Below are positions 60,572 through 64,000 of a stretch of 64,000 nucleotides of DNA, one piece after another. Location: the NCBI GenBank assembly GCA_963733035.1, contig CAVTBU010000006.1, positions 320,001 through 384,000 on the forward strand. The letters are read 5' to 3'. Source of the DNA: Pirellulales bacterium. GTDB lineage: Bacteria; Planctomycetota; Planctomycetia; Pirellulales; PALSA-1355. Position 1 is the stretch's first letter, and each line of letters starts with the position of its first letter. Below the pieces are notes generated by a model. That model made no database searches. It had not been told where the DNA came from and saw only the letters and a list, made by a program, of their open reading frames with translations. The position numbers and the translations under genes were made by a program.

Positions 60572-61360
60572 ATGAGCACCCATTCAGCGCGCGGCACCTT
60601 GACCCTATCGGTTGACCTAGAGCACGATCACATCCGCGTCGGAATTGCAGAACAACGGGCCCTGGGTACGATGGCCGACCAACTGACTGAACTGTTTGAC
60701 CGGCACAAGTTGCCGGCGGCTTGGGCAGTTACCGATCCGGCGTTGTCGGCAATACGCACAGGGATTGACATCACCGAAGGCGGCCACGAACTGGCCTTGC
60801 TCGGGGACGCGAGTTGGGTCGGTCGCGAAGCGGGACGTCGCCGTTTCGCCCGCGAACTAGCACGCCGAGTTGCACGTGCGCAAAGTGATGGACTCACGTT
60901 GCACACGCTGGCTCTCAGAACGGACCTGCCAGGCGACCATTCGGATCTGGCAATCAAAGAGGGAATCGTTGCCGTGCGCGATGCCGTGTCCATGGGCGTT
61001 CGCGCGTCACGCCGGCTGAAACCGCAATCGTTGCGGTTTGGCTTGTGGGGATTTCCCGTGACGGTATTGCTTCCGGGGACCAGTCGTTGGCTGCCCGGCG
61101 GCGGCGGCTTGTGCGCCGCACGATTCGAGATCGACAGGGCAATCACCGAGCAAGGACTGGTGCACGTGGCATTCGATGCGCCGCGCTTGGCCGAGCGCGG
61201 AGGGGCGGCACTGCGGATTGTCGAGCGATTGCTGCGGTACGCCGCGCAGCGTCGCGAGCAAGGACTACTTGACGTGAATACGATTGGCGCGATTGCCGGC
61301 AAGTTGTCGCATGAAAACCAGGGACAGCCGTCGCGGTCGATTTTGCGGCCGGCGGCCTAA
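60572..61360 (+). CDS. Degenerate polysaccharide-deacetylase-fold (NodB-like) protein
   Basis: LTLSVDLE, LFDRHKLPAAWAV and GHELAL match the fold, but the metal-binding His residues are absent. Confidence 0.55.
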   Translation: MSTHSARGTLTLSVDLEHDHIRVGIAEQRALGTMADQLTELFDRHKLPAAWAVTDPALSAIRTGIDITEGGHELALLGDASWVGREAGRRRFARELARRVARAQSDGLTLHTLALRTDLPGDHSDLAIKEGIVAVRDAVSMGVRASRRLKPQSLRFGLWGFPVTVLLPGTSRWLPGGGGLCAARFEIDRAITEQGLVHVAFDAPRLAERGGAALRIVERLLRYAAQRREQGLLDVNTIGAIAGKLSHENQGQPSRSILRPAA

Positions 61361-61464
61361 GCAGATTGATCGCGTCAATGAGAAATCGAATGCGCTCGGT
61401 GTCGAACCGCGTCGGCAAATATCCGCTCGGACAATACCGGGATTTGCAAGTGAATTGTCGGACG

Positions 61465-61647
61465 CTAGGCGAGCTCGCGATAAGTATTCCAGCTCATGTA
61501 GCCCAGCGTTGCCCCGCAGATCAGCAGCGCCACGTCCATGGCGAAGCTAGCCCGGCCGAAGGGGATCTGGATCGCCAGATCCAACCCAAACATGAGGACC
61601 AATAAGCCGGCAATCGCCATTCCTGAAATGGCAAGCACTTTGGGCAT
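61465..61647 (-). CDS. Small two-TM membrane protein
   Basis: 60 aa with two hydrophobic helices, MPKVLAISGM..FGLDL..PF..D..LGYMSW. Confidence 0.7.
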   Translation of the reverse strand: MPKVLAISGMAIAGLLVLMFGLDLAIQIPFGRASFAMDVALLICGATLGYMSWNTYRELA

Positions 61648-61836
61648 TCTCTCTGGTCCTTGGGTCGCGGTCGGCACACACACGTGTCAAAGCGCACTAT
61701 TATAGTTCACGCTTTCGGCACCGGGAACCACCGCTAAACGCGGCGTAACCCGGCGAATCGGAACGACTGTTTGCACGAACACGCAAGGCCGCCTGGGCAT
61801 TGCAACGCCCCAAGCGGTTCACCCACACTATCGGTC

Positions 61837-62994
61837 ATGAACAGCACTCACTTGCACGCTCAAAGCCCCTGGGAGAGCTTTCGCCGGCGAATGCCCGTCG
61901 CCGAGCATTGGGCCTATTTCGATCATGCGGCCGTGGCGCCGCTGCCCCGTCCGACACAACAGGCAATCGTGGAGTGGGCTCAGCAGGCCGCGACCCAGGG
62001 AGATACCGTTTGGCTTGCCTGGCAGAAGCGCGTCGAGGAATGTCGGACACTGGCCGCTCGTATGCTTGGGGCCGACGTGGCCGAAATAGCTTTAGTTCAC
62101 AGCACGAGTGAAGGAATCGGGCTAGTGGCCGAAGGATATCCCTGGCTGGCCGGTGACAATGTCGTCACGCTCGACAATGAGTTTCCCTCGAACCAGTACC
62201 CCTGGTTGAACCTCGCCACGCGCGGAGTCGAAACGCGCCGCGTGCCCGCCGACGCACACGGGCGCGTCGATCTCGCGCGGCTGGACGAAGCCTGCGATGA
62301 ACGCACACGCATCGTCTCGGTTAGTTGGGTGGGCTATGTGAGTGGTTGGCGGGCGAACCTGGACGAACTGACCGAACTGGTGCACCGCCGAGGAGCCCTG
62401 TTATTGGTCGACGCGATTCAAGGGCTCGGTGTATTTCCGCTCGACGTGCGTCAAACCCCCATCGATTTTCTGGCAGCAGACGGTCACAAATGGATGCTGG
62501 GACCGGAAGGGGCGGGGCTGTTTTACCTCCGACTCGAACACCTCGATTTGCTGCGGCCAATCGGCATCGGATGGCACAGCGTTGTGCATGCGTCGGACTA
62601 CAGCCACATCGATTTGAAATTCAAACCGAACGCGGCCCGGTACGAAGGGGGCACGCAGAACATGGTCGGTTTTCTCGGCCTCGCCGCGAGCTTGGAGCTA
62701 TTGCTCGAATTCGGCCAGCAGGCGATCGGCGAAAGAATTCTCGCGCTCACCGACCAGCTTTGCGAGCGGTTGCAACAGATCGGCGGCAAGATTTACAGCT
62801 TCCGAGAGGGGGACCACGGCTCGGGCATCGTGTCTTGTGAGTTTCCTGGCCGCGATCCGCTCGAGCTCAAACAGCGGCTTTTGAAGGCCGGCATCGTTTC
62901 CAGCGCACGGGCCGGCAAGCTTCGGCTAGCCACGCACGCCTACAACGACAAAAGTGACATTCAGCGGTTGATCGACGAACTGACTCGCGGCTAG
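61837..62994 (+). CDS. Class V PLP-dependent aminotransferase-fold enzyme
   Basis: YFDHAAVAP, STSEG, EFPSN, VDAIQ, DGHKWMLGPEG and YEGGT. Confidence 0.9.
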   Translation: MNSTHLHAQSPWESFRRRMPVAEHWAYFDHAAVAPLPRPTQQAIVEWAQQAATQGDTVWLAWQKRVEECRTLAARMLGADVAEIALVHSTSEGIGLVAEGYPWLAGDNVVTLDNEFPSNQYPWLNLATRGVETRRVPADAHGRVDLARLDEACDERTRIVSVSWVGYVSGWRANLDELTELVHRRGALLLVDAIQGLGVFPLDVRQTPIDFLAADGHKWMLGPEGAGLFYLRLEHLDLLRPIGIGWHSVVHASDYSHIDLKFKPNAARYEGGTQNMVGFLGLAASLELLLEFGQQAIGERILALTDQLCERLQQIGGKIYSFREGDHGSGIVSCEFPGRDPLELKQRLLKAGIVSSARAGKLRLATHAYNDKSDIQRLIDELTRG

Positions 62995-63075
62995 CCGCGG
63001 CTCACAGGTCGACTTTCACGATCTCGGTCTGCCGCGGCAACGGTCTCGCGCAAGGACGATCGGTGGTCGTTTGAG

Positions 63076-63501
63076 TCAGCTGGAAATCTCGCACAACGGG
63101 ATGATCGGGTTGGTCGAGCGGAGTAACTGAGCAATGGTGACGCGCGACAGTGCCGCCTCGGTTGCGGCGTATACGCCGTCGAGTTCCGCGTGCAAAGGAC
63201 AGAGTTGCCTGTGAGAGGTAAGTCCCAAGGGACAGTGGCGAATCCGCTCCAACGGCGCCACGGCATTCACCACGTCGAGGATCGTGATTTTCTCAGGAGC
63301 GTGGGCGAGCGCATAGCCACCTCCAGGGCCCGATTGTGAGCGCACAAGCTTGGCCCGCACGAGATCCTGGAGCACCTTGTGCAGATAACGTCTGGGTACT
63401 TTCGTCCGTTCGGCGAGATGATCGGCCGAGGCCGTTCGATCAGGATCGCGGCCTAGCCATACGGTAGTGCGCAGGGCGTATTCGGCAGTCTTGGGCAACA
63501 T
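63076..63501 (-). CDS. Rrf2-family transcriptional regulator
   Basis: [34 protein letters not shown] and CPLG..LCPLH. Confidence 0.93.
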   Translation of the reverse strand: MLPKTAEYALRTTVWLGRDPDRTASADHLAERTKVPRRYLHKVLQDLVRAKLVRSQSGPGGGYALAHAPEKITILDVVNAVAPLERIRHCPLGLTSHRQLCPLHAELDGVYAATEAALSRVTIAQLLRSTNPIIPLCEISS

Positions 63502-63528
63502 GTTTCATTTCTCCTCGTTGTCTCCCAA

Positions 63529-63565
63529 TTCTACACCTTGACATGTAGAAATCAACCGATATAGT
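63529..63565 (+). promoter_or_regulatory. Inverted-repeat operator overlapping a sigma70 promoter
   Basis: TTCTACA-N8-TGTAGAA (63529-63550) brackets TTGACA (63538-63543). TATAGT lies at 63560-63565. Confidence 0.65.
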
Positions 63566-63627
63566 GCACGCAGAGTCGTGGCACTGTGGCAACGACATTG
63601 CAATGTACTGCTTTTCCCGACCGACCC

Positions 63628-64000
63628 ATGCGACCCTCCGAAATCATCGGAATCCTGGCAGCGACCGTGTTTCTCGTCATCTGGAGCTCAGTTTGCCTGG
63701 CGGCTGATGAAAATGAGCAACCACCGATCAAGTACAGCCAAAGCGATCCGGACAACTGCGTATCCAGGCTGCAGTCGCGCATTGACCGAGGAGAATTGCA
63801 ATTGCCGTACGATGACGATCATGGCTATCTGCGTGCGTTGCTCGCAGCGCTTGAAGTACCGGTGGAGTCGCAATTGCTCGTTTTTTCCAAGACCAGCATG
63901 CAGCGACATCGAATTTCTCCCCGAACGCCGCGAGCAATCTACTTCACCGACGATGTCTACATTGGCTTCTGCCGATCGGGCGATGTGCTGGAGGTAGCGG
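63628..64000 (+). CDS. Secreted hypothetical protein, partial (runs off the window)
   Basis: Open frame MRPSEIIGILAATVFLVIWSSVCLA|ADE..GYLRALL..SQLLVFSKTS..ISPRTPRAIYF..YIG. Absent from the ORF track because there is no stop in the window. Confidence 0.8.
   Translation, partial: MRPSEIIGILAATVFLVIWSSVCLAADENEQPPIKYSQSDPDNCVSRLQSRIDRGELQLPYDDDHGYLRALLAALEVPVESQLLVFSKTSMQRHRISPRTPRAIYFTDDVYIGFCRSGDVLEVA

Noticed and set aside
61837..62994. Cysteine desulfurase (IscS/SufS) regulated by the neighbouring Rrf2
   Set aside because: No SSGSAC or RxGHHC catalytic loop, and the two genes are convergent.
1..64000. Genome-wide TAG reassignment suggested by the cupin amber codon
   Set aside because: rpsO, hisH, rho, ribH, ftsY, pyrK and others end in TAG at the expected C-terminus.
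1..64000. CRISPR arrays, tRNA or rRNA genes, integron attC sites
   Set aside because: By eye I found no spaced direct repeats, cloverleaf/T-loop signatures or RYYYAAC..GTTRRRY pairs; a covariance scan was not possible.

Overview
About 62-63% GC bacterial chromosome segment, most likely Planctomycetota (Pirellulales-like), inferred from a DUF1559-type pilin, a planctomycete-type beta-barrel porin and Ser/Thr-kinase-like membrane proteins. It is mostly housekeeping: aroF, rpsO-pnp, a two-component pair, mutL, aroD/E, aroK, hisH, polA, coaE, rho, ribH, nusB, ftsY, P-II, tatC, manA, rluB, pyrK, rpsT, cobA/hemD and an Rrf2 regulator. It also holds a 10.7-kb array of five TPR genes (two GT41/SPINDLY-like, two GT9-like glycosyltransferases, one TPR-only), a pseudokinase plus zinc-ribbon gene pair, and a small patch of IS3/IS30 remnants. 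The best signals are non-coding and absent from the ORF track. (1) A probable leaderless 24-aa leader peptide with the run Y-F-W-Y-F-F, plus terminator and antiterminator, lies in front of DAHP synthase; this looks like an attenuator reading all three aromatic amino acids. (2) A sigma54-driven ~170-nt structured RNA with mutually exclusive terminator/antiterminator lies upstream of a P-II gene that lacks Tyr51. (3) A candidate S15 leader lies upstream of rpsO. A cupin gene carries an in-frame TAG. At least seven 1-2 nt deletions in short G/C repeats suggest long-read assembly error rather than true pseudogenes. All calls were made by eye from sequence motifs; no searches or folding programs were run.
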